Assembly (NCBI GenBank): GCA_043228905.1
Contig: JBHGNT010000002.1
Coordinates: forward strand, 27,156,001 to 27,220,000
Direction of reading: 5' to 3'
From: Azolla caroliniana
Lineage: Eukaryota > Plantae > Polypodiophyta
Length of the DNA stretch: 64,000 bases
Below, one piece after another: positions 21,038 through 32,422 of this stretch. The position numbers and the translations under genes are program-made. Each line of letters begins with the position of its first letter. Position 1 is the stretch's first letter. The notes below the pieces were generated by a model. The model saw nothing but the letters and a program-made list of their open reading frames with translations, did no database searches and was not told the DNA's origin.

Positions 21038-23023
21038 ATGTCTTCTCCATTCTGCACAGTAAGTAGTAGTAGTTCTGATCGAACAGCGAAGCTTCTCTTC
21101 TTCAATGGAAGCATTGAACGACCTAATAAACCCAAGCCTACTCTGCGCAGTATTTCTCTGCGAGAAATACACCATGCTTATAATAATCGTTTCTCAGGAT
21201 CTGCTGGCCCTAGTCCAAGCGTTGAAAGTCGCTATAGCTGCAGTAATTTAGTTAGCACTGTGGAGGAGAAACTGAGAAAAGAAGAAGAAGATCACAGGAA
21301 AGAACTACAAGAAGAATCCGAATCCGAATCCGAATCCGGAAGCTCAATTCTCCATAGCTTCGCTGCCTTAGCTCAAGGTATCCTATCTATTTGGGAAGGA
21401 GATGGTTCTGTGAGAGGAAGGATCGATTTGCTAGCGAAACGTCAACAAGCTATGAAAGGAGATATAGATATGATCGAAAAAACGCAGAGCGATTTACGAG
21501 GGAGGTTACAAATTCTTGAGCAACAAGCAGAAGAAGAATCCACGTTCTTGGAGAAGATCAGAGAAGACAGGATTAACTTTATTACGGCAAATAAGTCGGC
21601 GATTACAACTCTACAGAGTGATATTGTAAGTACAGATAGACATCATAGCTGGCAACCTGGTACTGCTGAGGAAGAAGAACACAATCGGTCTTGCTATGAC
21701 AGGGGCAAGCTCGATGATTGTAATGTAGTTATAACAGATGATCGACAAGCTTACCTTCAAAGCTATGGCGGACAGAAGTATGAGGAGCAATCCGTAGCAG
21801 AACCAAATCCTAACCAGAAATTACAAATGAAACCTGTCAATTGTAATCTGGCTATTATAAATTATCCAAAAGTTGTCCCTACAACCTACGGCAGCCAGAA
21901 ACTTGCCGATTACAATCTAGATGACCGGAAAGATCACTCCAAAACTCATTGCAGGCTGAACCTTGAAGAGCGACATATTGCACAGACTGCAGAACAGAGC
22001 CCTAACCCTAATACTAAAAGCTATGGCAGAAAGAACCTTGAGGGGAAATATGTAGCAGAACGAAGCTCTAGCTCTAACTCTAGGTGGAGCTATGGTAGAC
22101 AGAAGGTTGAGGAGGAATATGAAGCAGAACGAAACTCCTACCCTAAACCTTGGTGGAGCGACTGTAGAAAAAAGGTTGAGGAGCAATATGAAGCAGAACG
22201 AAACTCTATACCTGGATTGAGCTATGGCATTTCTGACAGGTCGAATCTTAACTGTAGAAGTAGCCATGGTGTTCCTGACAAATCAAACCCTAGAAGTCAG
22301 CAGGAATGGCAAATGGCAGCGTTTGAAATACTAGAGCTTGTCCACAAGAAGCTGACTGCACATATGTGGTCTCGGATGGTGCAGAAACTGAGAGGTATGG
22401 AGTCCGATCAAAGAAGAGGAGAGTATTTGGAACTCTTCAGAGGAGAAGGAACTCCATTTGCAGGAAAGCCTCTGAACGAGGCCACTTACGTAGAGCTTTT
22501 GAGCTTTTCCATAGCTGAGGACAAGGAACAAGCACGAAGCTTCTCCATAGACGAAAATAGCAAAGAACAGAGATTACGAGTTGGGAGAGAGGTACCACCA
22601 GAGGAAACAATGGCCATAAAAGTTGCTGAAAGGCGAGGCTTGTTTTCTGAAGGTTTTGATGCAAAAGAGGAGAAGGAACGTATTGTGATGCAGAAAGAGA
22701 GGATTAGGGCAGGAATCAATGAAGCCATGGAAGCTGCAGAGCTGGGGTTTATAGATGAATTGAAGTCGAAAGGTTATGATTGTAATACCATGGACAGCAT
22801 GGGGGTTATGGAGGTGAGGCAACAGATGGAGATTTATGTGAGGTGCCATCGCCAGATGAAGCATCTGGCGGGACGCCATCACCAGATGAGATTGGATTTG
22901 CTCAGAGAAGACGCTATCAATACTGAGAAATTAGGCATCCTCCAACCAGCCTCCAGACTCATCAAGGTTGGTTGCCTCTTTCTTCAACATGGAAGCCCTA
23001 AATCCTTCAACCAAAAACCCTAA
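21038..23023 (+). CDS. Uninterrupted 661-aa ORF of unknown function (coiled-coil-like N-region, central ~23-aa repeats, helical-looking C-terminal domain)
   Basis: A 1986-nt open frame in AT-rich DNA is unlikely by chance. Purine-rich coding-like composition, heptad-like segment IDLLAKRQQAMKGDIDMIEKTQSDLRGRLQILEQQ, and repeats such as SYGRQKVEEEYEAERNS. No family recognised. A possible donor AG|GTTGGT near 22966 means the 3' end could be spliced. Confidence 0.7.
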   Translation: MSSPFCTVSSSSSDRTAKLLFFNGSIERPNKPKPTLRSISLREIHHAYNNRFSGSAGPSPSVESRYSCSNLVSTVEEKLRKEEEDHRKELQEESESESESGSSILHSFAALAQGILSIWEGDGSVRGRIDLLAKRQQAMKGDIDMIEKTQSDLRGRLQILEQQAEEESTFLEKIREDRINFITANKSAITTLQSDIVSTDRHHSWQPGTAEEEEHNRSCYDRGKLDDCNVVITDDRQAYLQSYGGQKYEEQSVAEPNPNQKLQMKPVNCNLAIINYPKVVPTTYGSQKLADYNLDDRKDHSKTHCRLNLEERHIAQTAEQSPNPNTKSYGRKNLEGKYVAERSSSSNSRWSYGRQKVEEEYEAERNSYPKPWWSDCRKKVEEQYEAERNSIPGLSYGISDRSNLNCRSSHGVPDKSNPRSQQEWQMAAFEILELVHKKLTAHMWSRMVQKLRGMESDQRRGEYLELFRGEGTPFAGKPLNEATYVELLSFSIAEDKEQARSFSIDENSKEQRLRVGREVPPEETMAIKVAERRGLFSEGFDAKEEKERIVMQKERIRAGINEAMEAAELGFIDELKSKGYDCNTMDSMGVMEVRQQMEIYVRCHRQMKHLAGRHHQMRLDLLREDAINTEKLGILQPASRLIKVGCLFLQHGSPKSFNQKP

Positions 23024-24062
23024 ACCCTGATCCTCAACACTAAACGTCAGCCATAATCCAAGTAAGGCTTCTGCCTTTTTGGAAGGCCGTTCGTTGTATT
23101 GAATGATGAATTTCAATCTACCCGAATCCCTAACCCTAGCACTAAACCGAAACCACCAATTTCTTTAGATTCAATGAGAACATCCACCTTCTTACCCTGG
23201 TTCCATTGAGGAATAGCGTGAAGTGATGCAAGCCATTAGTTCCATCAATCTGTCCATCGGCTTGGGCATACATATCCACTGATGCGTATATACATACACA
23301 TATGCTTCTTGTCGCTCTGCTGCGATCCATTTTCTAGAAACTTTTTAATCCATGTCTAGAAACCTTTTCAAAACGGCTTTCATTGTGCTTGAAGTATACT
23401 GCTTTTATTTCCAGAATGCACGTTATTAGTACATTTTAGAATCTTATACACAACGAAAATCTTTGATTTTAGCTAATGCCGAAATGTCAAAACAAGTTAT
23501 TCGAATAATGTTTATAATGCAACAAAATTGGGATAAAATGACTTCTTTACTTTGGAGTCCAATATGCTCGTATGTATATATAAATACACACAATATTACA
23601 CCTTCTAATGAGAGTTAGCAACCTGACATTTGAACAGATCCTCTTCATAAATTAGCATTCGAACATTTTCCTCGCTAATGGAACTATCCTTACATATTGC
23701 TATATAGAGGTAACTGGAATTGGATGCTGTAAATGAGCTTAGATGAATGCTTAGGAGGGGCAAACGCAAATCAAAACTCGGTTATCTTACAAGTTCAAAT
23801 GTATACATAAGGTCACAAATAAATAGGACAATATATTACACAGATATTTGCCGGTACGGCACATGTTCTGACGTGAATCGTCGTATTGATACTGATGGGA
23901 AGAGGTGATATTAGCTTATGGCTTTCTCTACGTCAACGGATGAACTAAAAACACAATTATATGTATCTCTCCTTCATTTCCATATCCACTAAAGAACGTG
24001 AATCTATAAGACCTTGGATTGCCTCCTTCATTCCCATTAACAAAATAGAATTATGTTTTGCC

Positions 24063-26856
24063 TCAGCAACGGTAGAATGAGAGAGACTTTGACCTCCACA
24101 CGGAAGCAAATGAGGGCCGGCCGGTTTTCTTTCCTGAAATACATTTCCCATCATTTCCAACACTACTTAGAGTATTACTCAAAGGTAGAGAGGAAACCTG
24201 GGGAGCAGAATGCCATGTAGATTCCTTCTGCCTCTGTTGCCTGAAATGTTGTAGCAATTTCTGAGCTTTAATTTTACCCCTTTCAGTTCCATTCACAGAA
24301 ATCATCACCAGGGATGGAATGATTCCTTCTTCTAGAATGATCTGAGAATGATGAGAACTATAGCTGCTGATAACAAGGAAGATTGCTGCCACTTGCTCCT
24401 TTTCCATTTGTGTGCCAGTGTCTAACATATCAACCAAGCAAGAGATACCATTTTCACTTTCCATTATACCATTCCTACCGTCTTCAATAGAACAAAGACG
24501 GTAAAGAATCGAGAGACATTTCGCTACCAGTTCAGTATCCTTGCATTTTCCTGTGCATATTTCTTCATCTATGCTTAGAAGATGTATAACCTTAGGAACC
24601 ACATTTGCTTTTGCTATGCAAATCTGATTTCCAAGGAAGGAGCTCAAATTCAAGAGTGTGCTCAAAGCATCTTTAATACCCTGAGTTGAACCACTGTCCA
24701 GATGTTCTACTAATAATTGTACAGCTTTTGATAAGCAATTTTGCAATTTATTTTCTTGTAGGCAAGAAATAGACCATAAGACTAGGATAGCAACCTCCTT
24801 TGATGACAACGATAAACATGAACCTTGAAGCAAATTCAACAACAAAGGAACCACTCCAGCACGTACTAGCTCTTCTCTGTTTCTGTATGTAGCAAAAGAG
24901 ATGTGGAAAATTAGACTCACAGGAAATTTTGGTGCTCTTATTGATTCTTAGTGACAAAAAATGTGGAAACGAAATGGTCATAAAGAATTAGGGGAAAGAC
25001 AGAAAAAGCTTCAGCAAAGAAGCTCGTTAAATAAACTATCTCAATCAACACACAGTTATAGAGTGTTACCTATCATTGTTTACAGAGATATTTGATAATG
25101 CCAAGCATGTCGTTATTACAGCATTTTCATCAAGGGCTTTCATTGCATTGCGCAAAATCCCTACTAAAGCTGGAATACATCCTAGATGACCAAATAGTGC
25201 TCTAGCACCCTCATCATCCTTTGTCAAATACCGAATTTCTCTGGCAGCACTACACTGTATGTCTAAAGACGAAGAGCATAGTCGATTCATTACCAATTCT
25301 ACTTTGTTCTTTGTATCATCTTTTACAATGATTCTGTCTGGCAGGTCATCAACATATGCATTAATATCCAAGTTTGGAATGTACTGATGTAACTTTTCAC
25401 TGTCGACTCCTTGCCTCAAACCACTAGGTTTGTCTTCCTGTTGAAGATACCTATTCTCCATGTTTTTCACCGAGAAGCATTTAGATTGTAAAGGAAGAGA
25501 AGGTGGGGTTGGAAGTGGTATTGATTGCGTCTCACACCAACTCACAATCAACCCTTTTACGCAATAATTTGGAGTTATTTGAAGGTGTGCAAGAGTTTGC
25601 TGAGTCTTTGGGCAAGTATCATGACCTTCCTCAAACCATTTCTCGATGCAAATTCTTTCATATGTCTGACCTGAGGATATAATGACTGGGTCTGACATGA
25701 GTTGCAATGAGATAGGACACCTAAATTCTTCTGGTGGATGGACAAAACCCAAATTCTTCAGTTTAAGAGTCTGATAATAAGATAATTCTGAGCTCAAATC
25801 ACTGTCTCTTCCACTAGTACTAGTTGCCTCGGAGCCTCTCTCTGAAAGGGATTGTGAAAATGTTGAGCTGGAAGTGTCTTGAAATGATCCAACCTTTGTT
25901 AGGTATGATTTCTTCTGCGACTTTTCGAATTTCCGTACGAGATGCAACAAGTAGAGAACTATCAATTCCTTCTTTTTGTCTTGTTCATCTCTAACTTTGT
26001 TCAAGAGTCTTTTAAGTGCTTTCTTTTCATTTTGAATGATTTGCATTGATGTGAAGCCTAGATCAAAAGCTATCTCGTCAAACACATTGTCTTCTGTTTC
26101 AGCACCAAGACATGGATATTGTTTCTCCCGTTGAAGGAATGAGATCATCTTAATGCTTGAATCATGCTGTGAAGCACTAAGTTGGACTGTTATTGTCTCC
26201 AATTCAGTGGAAAATGAGGTGACCTATTAATATTTATGGACACATAACAATGAGAAGAAAATCGCCATTGAAACAAAATGTTAATGAAAACAATCAATGA
26301 AGATTCTTACCTCCTTAATGAGATCATCTGGCACATTCAATTCCAAGCATTTCAAAGTTTGTTTCAAAGTTTCCTTCACCTTCCTAAACTTGATGAGAAC
26401 GGATTCGTTTGTGATAAGCTAAATCAAAGTAATTATACAGAAGATCAAGAAATTATTGATCAAAACAATTAACTACATTCTCAGAAAAGAAAACAAACTT
26501 TAACATAGTAATTAGCATACCAAGTAAATTTTGCTAGAATTCATGATTTGGTGGAGAAAATTCCCTGCTTTATCTACTGCAACATGCAGCTCACACAAGG
26601 CTTGCATTCCTGATTTTTGAGGCCGAAACTCTTCTAAAACAGGAAAGAAATCTTTGATCTTTTGCAATAGGATAGAAAGCTTATCACATATGTCTCCAAA
26701 CATCTACATGAGATAATAAAAAGGAGATTAGATTGGTTAAATTGTCGTGTATTCTGACAAGAGGAAACACTGTAACTGTTGAATTATATGGTTTACCATT
26801 TCGTTCCCAGCGACAGAAGCAGATCCTTCTTCTTCGTCTTCTTCTGTAACTCCCAT
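24063..26856 (-). CDS. U-box/ARM-repeat E3 ubiquitin ligase (PUB6/7/45-like); 5 coding exons
   Basis: U-box PPEEFRCPISLQLMSDPVIISSGQTYERICIEKWFEEGHDTCPKTQQ, a UND-type N-terminus (CELHVAVDKAGNFLHQIMNSSKIYL), and an ARM C-terminus EGIIPSLVMISVNGTERGKIKAQKLLQHFRQQRQ. Exons 26856-26797, 26703-26521, ~26418-26311, ~26223-25070, ~24883-24063. Confidence 0.93.
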
Positions 26857-28384
26857 CGTGTAATTTCTCTTAACCTACAGATTAAGTGAATGCTCATCAG
26901 GATAACAATAGAAAAGGAGGCACGTTTGTGATTTGGATAAAAATCACAAATCAGTCACCAGTATGTAGTTATGACCCGTTAGTGTAGCAGGTTATGGCAC
27001 TGATTGGTTGAGTACCGTACAAGAGATGAAGAAAGATAAATTTGAAAGTTCTTTTTGGCTTGATTGGATCACCATGGCAAAAAGTTGAGAAATCCAATGG
27101 TCACACTTGATTTTGCTGGTTTCATAAAAATATGAGAAAGATGAATACCGAGAATATGCAGAGACATACAGTAAAAACCATACTCTGTCAGCGGGTGAAG
27201 GTGTGTTAAGTTAAAAAATAATATAAATCAAACAGAGAGGGAGAGAAGATACAGAAGCGCGATCCATGCAATTTAACTTGATGCAATAAAGATATATGAA
27301 ATATTTATAATTATGGTGAGTAAACTTTTGATTTAATTCTGGAATATGCAGACCATAATGGTGTGTTGACACTAGTTATCTTCAATTGATATATGAAAAC
27401 CTAATTATAGGTACTGTGAACGATCCTTTGATTGTTCTCTTGAATATGTCGCCGAAGAATGTAGCATTTTCTACTTTTTTGCTTTTGAACAGTAATTATT
27501 GTTTGAATGTAGAAGAAGATGATGGTATTTCTTTTGAGCTTGAATGGCTTGAACAGTAAAAGATTATCTTATTGTTGTTGTATACTGAAAGTGTTCTACG
27601 TGCAGCTAACATTTTGATCGGAACCACAAATTTTGTTAATCACTTACTTTGATCAGTAATTACTGTTTTTTTGCAACAAACGTTTTTAGTTGCTGCATGA
27701 AGTTTGTCTTAGAATTAGTGTAAAGCATTGGAGAGAGTATTATATTTTGCCTTCTTCTCTGAGTACTGTTTACTTCTTGGACTCAAAGATCTTCATTTGT
27801 CTTAGAAAAAAAATTAAAATTTAATCTAGCTGTGAATCCTTTCATCGCACTCTTAAATCTGTAGATGATGATTACATTGTCTTCGAAGCTTGCCTTTCAA
27901 CAGTGAATCCTTTCATCGCGCTCTTAATTCAATACAAACTATATCCATTGCTGTTATATGAAACCCTAATTCTCCAATGTCATTTGATCAAGTTCTTGTT
28001 CTTGTCGGTGTTGTCGATGAAGATGACTTCCATTTTTATCTTATTCTGATAATCTTTGATGGCGTTTGAATAGTGAACAGTACTGCAGATCTTCAGTACA
28101 GTGACAAAGGGGTGTGTGAGAGAGAGAGGATAGAGATCATCTAAGATTGTAATAGTGAAAAAGGAAAGGTGCAGAATTTCTCGAATACATGGAGGAGGCT
28201 GGAGGTTTCTTGTCGCAAAAGGAAAATAAAGAAAGTAAGGAAGATAAAAGAGAGAAAGAGAAAATAAAAATGACGGAAAGCGACGCTTCAACAGAATAAA
28301 GAAGCTTTCATGAATTTTTACATATAGTTAAAGGAAGTACTACAGAAAATCCGATCCTGTCAACGGACGGAGACAGAGGGAGAT

Positions 28385-28388
28385 AAAC

Positions 28389-28427
<39 letters not shown>

Positions 28428-28700
28428 CGTTCTGTTTACCTCGGAAGCTCGGATATGGTGGAAACTCAGCGGCTGAGCGCAGAAAAAAAAGCAGTGGCGT
28501 CGATGAGAGGGGGAGAGAGCTTGGAATTCAGAAGAAGAGGAAGAAGATGAAGACGAATGATGGCATCAATAAGAGAGAGAAACGTCGTGCTTCTGATGCT
28601 AGCTATGGCGAAAAGCTCAGTAGCTGGGGGGCGGAGAGAGAGAGAGAGAGACAGTCGGCTCATCTGAACCGTCCAATTCGAAAGCTACCGTCCAGATCCT
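28385..28700 (-). promoter_or_regulatory. Probable first, non-coding exon and (CT)n-rich 5' region of the U-box gene
   Basis: Minus-strand donor GAG|GTAAAC at ~28440, (CT)n tracts at ~28395-28422 and ~28634-28651, and a matching acceptor CTGTAG at ~26875 just before the ATG. Confidence 0.55.
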
Positions 28701-29753
28701 GTCACGTGCAAACTGGTTCTGAGCCTGCGCTACCATTCTCGCACGTGAGAAAGGAAAAAAAAAACTTGAAAACCAATCGTAGCCGTTCAACACACGAATC
28801 CTACGGTCCTCCACGTTTCTTACGGGCAATAAGAGTTTCTCCTCCTGCATTTACCTAGAAGGACATCCAGCAGCTCTTTTAATCTACGGTAGAGATCCAT
28901 CCTGTCGTAACAGCTCGAATCGGACGGTTATAATTTTCCCCACGAGGGATGCCCCGTCACCTGCAACCCCTTCCGTCGTCACATCACCACCGTCCAAGCT
29001 TTTTAACATCTCTCTTCTTGTGGCCCATATTCGGCCACATCTCCCAAAAGGGGCTGAGAGGCACTAGGGCATGCCTCGTTCATCTAGATCATTTGTAAAC
29101 TAATGTCCGGTCGAGGGGGCCAGTAATGTCCATGGGGCCCTCTTAGAGGCATGCCTTGTTCCTTGGTACACCTACTCATGTGTAAATGCATTCATTGTAT
29201 GTCTAGGCTTTGTGGCATTACAGCGATGTTTTTGTTTTGCTCTGCGACATCCCTTCAATTAACCCAACATTGTACATATGTATCTTGTTTTGCACCACCG
29301 TGTGTCTTTAGTCAACAAATTGATTACGTCTTTACCTTAACATGGATATCGATAAGCTTATCTCACCTTCCTCCTTTACAACAAAAGTGGAAAAACCAAC
29401 AACCCGAAAAACACTTTATTTAAACAAATGAACAATGCCCATAAACATCACATACCACAATCACAAGCAAACATGAGCACAATGCAATAAAAGATCTTGA
29501 GAGGAAACTCCCAATTTAAGAGGAAACCCTTGTTACACCATATATCACTTTTCCTAAACAATGTAACCCATGTATTAAACTTCATTTGCATATTAATCTT
29601 GTTGGTGATAATTTCTTTTCATGTTTACAACACATGAGCATTGTAATCGCACTACAATAGCAATGGTTGATGCATAAGAAGTGTGCTTCTTAAATGATGA
29701 TGTTAAGGAGCAATGCACATACAACAAAGAGGTTATGTCAGCGAATAACCTTA

Positions 29754-30039
29754 GCTCTGATAACATGCGAAGAACTAGATCACGTAGTTCTATGGAAGAT
29801 TAAGTGTATATTGGTGATGTTATGTGTGAGAGAAGGAGAGAGAGACCAAAGAGAATAATATATCGATAAGAAATCGTGGAAGATTATAATGATAATAAAC
29901 CTCTGATCAAAGGTTATATAAACTATGTAGCCAAATTATTTACATAAGGGGGGGACTTTGTTTATGTTGAATTTCTATCAATCTAGTAATGATGATTAGA
30001 GAGCGAGTGCAATAGCTAAAATATCCACTTCATTCAACA
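29754..30039 (-). mobile_element. Degenerate LTR retrotransposon end with a tRNA-iMet primer-binding site
   Basis: Minus strand reads CA|TGTTATCAGAGC at 29765-29754, one mismatch from the canonical PBS TGGTATCAGAGC and directly after a CA end. A candidate LTR start TGTTGAA lies near 30039. No coding domain recognised. Confidence 0.5.
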
Positions 30040-31354
30040 CAAAAGTGTTCTCTGTTTATTAAGCTAATGGTCAACTTTATGTATACACATGCCCCAATAA
30101 GTGTTAGTGGTTCAACTTGTTAATTCATACAAGAGAGATAAGCTATATTGTGCATGTACGTGTGTGTGTGTGTTGTGTGTGTGTGAGAGAGAGAGTACAT
30201 AAGGTTACCAAAAAGAATATATTTTATACAACACTGTGTATACTTGCATAGACGCTTTCAAAATCTATATTGATGGAAGAGTGAGTAGATTCACAAAGCA
30301 ATATAAGCTAACGATTACCTTTCTCATAGAAGCTTACAAAATCTATAAGGATGGGACAACATGTAGTGTTATATTAAGTCAACACCATAAGCTAACAATT
30401 GTTTTCACATTGATTGTCTTGCATAGAACCTTTCAAAACCCATATTGTTGGGAGCGTGTGCAATGTCATATCAAGTGAACATGATAAGCTAGCAAATACC
30501 TTGACATAAGGTTGTATTATGAGGAATCTTGTAAAAATATATTGATGAGAGAGAGAGAGAAGGTATTGTCTCATTAAGTCAATGTGATGAGAAAACAATT
30601 ACTTTCATGCTACATTGTTGCAGAAGTTTGAGTGGACGTGCACCCTTTTGTGGACAAATCAAGTGAGAGGTCGTTGGCAATCACTCTTAAGCATATCTAA
30701 CAAGAAATTCTAGGATACTTGAGCAAATTGAGACAATAAAGAGATTAAATTAAAACAACACTTCATCTCTCAAACTTGAAGTTAAGGAAAGAAATGAGTA
30801 ATCATACACAAGTTATCCAACAATTTTGTTCCTTTTTTACGACACTTACTAAAATATAGCCTAAATGCTTAAATTGAAATCCTAAGGTGTAAGCTAGATA
30901 TGAAAAAGAGGTTTGACTAGGTACAAGGCAAAGAAAGAGAGCATAGAATAACATAAGTAGAAATATTGCTCAACAAAGGTTTGAAAATGATGAAGAAAAG
31001 GTATAAAGTTTATACTTTCATCTTTATATTGCTTTCACAATTTACAATCTATGATTATGTCCATTTTCACATTTCTCGACATTTGATCTAACCTTAAGAT
31101 TCAAGTAGTCTGCTTTTACATTTTACAATTTATGGTTATGTCCAATTTTTTAAACCAAAACCATATTCTTCATTAGTAGAAATTCTACATACATGACAAA
31201 ATGATTAGACTTACAACCTTATAAAGGTTGTAGCCGTGGTAGACCAATAAAAACTACAAAGACTCAAAGTATAAAACTACAAAGAACAGTGAACACATAC
31301 ATGAATCTTCTTTCCATTCATGTGATCATTGGCTTAAACACTAAACTCTAATGA

Positions 31355-31690
31355 GAACATTGCAGGAGACTATCTTTCGAATTGGAAGCATATGAAACAG
31401 TTCATGTACTTTCTCAAAGACTCCACACTTACCATATAGATCAAGCAATGCATTGCCAACAACCCGATTTCTCTTCAGCCTGCCCATCTCTTGCATATCC
31501 TATAATGATAACATTGCAGGAGACTATCTTTCGAATTGGAAGCATATCAAACAGTTCATGTACTTTCTCTAAAACTCCACACTTAACATATAGATCAAAC
31601 AATACATTGCCAACAATCTGGTTTCTCTTCAGCCTGCCCATCTCCTCACTCTTTACATGCATTTCAACCTGGTTATGTCCAATTTTCACA
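31355..31690 (-). pseudogene. PLS-class pentatricopeptide-repeat (PPR) gene fragment, internally duplicated
   Basis: VGNVLFDLYVKCGVLEKVHELFDMLPIRKIVSCNVIIIGYARDG matches the plant PPR consensus (VgNaLvdMYaKCG.l..A..vFd.m..rdvvsWn.mI.gYa..G). The same DNA recurs at ~31358 and ~31511. There is no long ORF. Confidence 0.8.
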
Positions 31691-32422
31691 TTTTATGACA
31701 TTTGACCTAACCTTTAGATTCAAGTAGTCTCTTTATTACCGTGTCCCATAACCACACAATAGAATGCGATTTCTAAAGTATCCACTTTTTTCAATACAAC
31801 AATATCTTGCATCCATTTGTTATGAGGGTGGGTTTTAGCACACATTCTCCAAAAAACTGTATTTACACATAGAGGTGGTTAGAAATGTCTCAGCCTTGTG
31901 TCTTCTCTAGTGTGAAACAAGACAAAGGCAAAAGCACTTAAATGCAAGGGAAGTATAAAACACAACTTCTTCTTCACTTTTTGGACTTAGTCAATCGCTC
32001 TCCCCTTCTCTCACCTAATCTTCATAAGGCATCTAAATATATAAGCTTCCTATCTTAAGTATTTATCCTTGATTTGTGTCCAATGTGGTTAGTATGAATT
32101 GAAACATTGTGGTTTGTTTTATTATGTTTTTATCATTTTATTTAATTATACAATGTTTATATTAAATCTAAAAAGCATTTTAATTGCATTACAATTTAGG
32201 GTGGAGTTCACCAAAGTGTTTAGCACTTTCCTAGTGGCTAAAGAATCCCCTTCATGATCACAATAAGAGAAACATTTTCCAACAATATGTGTGTCTAAGA
32301 AACTCTTGCCACAAACGACAAAGTTGCGTAACAAAACAATACACTCACTCTTATAAGTTATAACTTATGACCAACACACACACACACACACACACACTCT
32401 CTCTCTCTCTCTCTCTCTCTCA

